Assembly (NCBI RefSeq): GCF_006345805.1
Contig: NW_021828409.1
Location: forward strand, 1-8,515
Reading direction: 5' to 3'
DNA from: Octopus sinensis
Lineage: Eukaryota
Length of the DNA stretch: 8,515 nucleotides
Shown here piece after piece: positions 7,591 through 8,515 of this stretch. Numbering within the stretch: position 1 is the stretch's first letter; each line of letters begins with the position of its first letter. Below the pieces are notes generated by a model that was given only the letters and a program-made list of their open reading frames with translations, searched no databases and was not told the DNA's origin. The position numbers and the translations under genes were made by a program.

Positions 7591-7622
7591 GTTACTCGGG
7601 CAACGCCGGGTAACTCTGCTAG
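7591..7622 (+). terminator. Helitron 3' terminus: sub-terminal hairpin followed by CTAG
   Basis: gttactcgg (7591-7599) pairs with ccgggtaac (7606-7614; one G-T) around gcaacg, then tctg-CTAG (7619-7622) and T at 7623. This matches the established hairpin-CTRR|T signature. Confidence 0.88.
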
Positions 7623-7867
7623 TATCAATATAAAAATATCAATATTCTAACAACAAAATAACTGATGGAAGTTTTTGAACTTCAATAAACATGCGTGAAT
7701 ACACGGAAACCCAGTCCTGTACCTAGTATTTAAGAATAAATATTAATATTTAAATATAATATTTAATATTTATGATATCTACTAAGAATTCTTTATTGTT
7801 ATAGATACAGATGTTAATGTATTAAATATGAAATACCGACGTATTCAAAATACTAGTAGCTTTAATA

Positions 7868-8098
7868 TTCTTTTATTCTTTAATTTGTTTCGGTCAGTCG
7901 AATGCGGCCATGTTGTAGCACCGCCTTTAGTCGAGCAAATCGACCCCAGGACTTATTCTTTGTAAGCTCTGTACTTATTCTATCGGTCTCCTTTGCCGAA
8001 CCGCTAAGTTAGGGGGGCGTATACACACCACCATCGATTGTCAAGCGATGTTGGGGAGACAAATATACACACACCCACTAACATATATATACACACAT
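7868..8098 (-). mobile_element. SINE family A, distal body and 3' tail
   Basis: Homologous to 5390-5495 in reverse complement. It ends (minus strand) in ggcggtgctacaacatggccgcattcgactgaccgaaac followed by short (AAGAATAA)-type terminal repeats (7866-7881). Confidence 0.88.
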
Positions 8099-8107
8099 AA
8101 GCCCGTC

Positions 8108-8110
<3 letters not shown>

Positions 8111-8201
<91 letters not shown>

Positions 8202-8205
8202 GTAT
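8111..8205. repeat. Long (TA)n microsatellite
   Basis: Directly visible. Confidence 0.97.
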
Positions 8206-8270
8206 AGGATGAAAAGGAACACACGAGTTGAAATATATGAAAAAACAAGTCAGGATAGAAAATGCTAAAT

Positions 8271-8318
8271 AATTTTGAGTACCGGTTTCAGTCATTGAGA
8301 CTTTTCAACTGTAAAATT
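8271..8318 (-). ncRNA. Degenerate minimal type I hammerhead-ribozyme-like motif (Penelope-type), U3-A8 core variant
   Basis: Minus strand: aattttacag UUGAAAA guc-ucaau-gac u GAAA C-CG-G UA cucaaaauu. All elements are in type I order, with a palindromic ACCGGU stem III. Stem I is imperfect and stem II has an unpaired U. Confidence 0.5.
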
Positions 8319-8338
8319 AAATAATTAAATTTAGAAAA

Positions 8339-8383
8339 ATGGTTGGTAAGCAAGCTACTTACCACACAGCCACTCCTACGTCT
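8339..8383 (-). mobile_element. Isolated 45-bp SINE A head fragment
   Basis: The reverse complement agacgtaggagTGGCTGTGTGGtaagtagcttgcttaccaaccat contains the same A box as 5196-5206 and stops before the B box. Confidence 0.8.
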
Positions 8384-8399
8384 ATATATATATATATTG

Positions 8400-8515
8400 T
8401 ACACGACGGACTTCTTTTAGTTTCCGTCTAACAAATCCACTCACAAGGCTTTGGTCGGCCCGATGCTATAGTAGAAGACACTTGCCCAAGGTGCCACGCA
8501 GTGGACTGAACCCGG
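8400..8515 (-). mobile_element. SINE family A proximal body; runs off the right edge
   Basis: The reverse complement ccGGGTTCAGTCCactgcgtggcaccttgggcaagtgtcttctactatagc...aaagccttgtgagtggatttg aligns with 5236-5345. Confidence 0.9.

Larger units (their letters stand above)
6004..7622 (+). mobile_element. Second non-autonomous Helitron-like element with internal repeats and a canonical 3' end
   Basis: The 5' region (tttattatatcaaagacaatgtc...gcaccgatcataatgaaatttggaacac) parallels the Helitron start at 4485, but the TC terminus is degenerate. The 3' end is hairpin + CTAG|T at 7591-7623. Confidence 0.62.

Noticed and set aside
7736-7773. Near-palindromic AT tract
   Set aside because: It is A/T-only low-complexity sequence, where palindromes are expected by chance.

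Overview
AT-rich eukaryotic DNA, heavily loaded with microsatellites. It contains no intact protein-coding gene, rRNA, tRNA gene or CRISPR array, and is essentially a nested pile of decayed transposable elements. In order: the 3' end of a mariner; the 3' end of a CR1/L2-group LINE; a ~155-bp MITE; two separate N-terminal fragments of R4/Dong-like RLE retrotransposons; a HERO-like RLE C-terminus with a GC-rich 3' UTR; two tRNA-derived SINE families; and non-autonomous Helitron ends bracketing 4485-7622. The SINE types and the (TA)n/(CA)n load resemble an octopus/cephalopod genome (inference from recalled repeat families, not a database hit). Most ORFs in the track are microsatellite or antisense artefacts. 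The most interesting signals are: (i) a minimal type I hammerhead-like motif with a U3-A8 core at 8271-8318 (-); (ii) a LINE 3' tail shared with one SINE family, suggesting a SINE-LINE partner pair visible in one window; (iii) a possible compound Helitron carrying ~590 bp of unassigned cargo; (iv) a pseudoknot-compatible fold in the HERO-like 3' UTR; (v) a two-SINE composite flanked by one target-site duplication. None is proven novel from sequence alone, and all family names come from motif recognition without a search.
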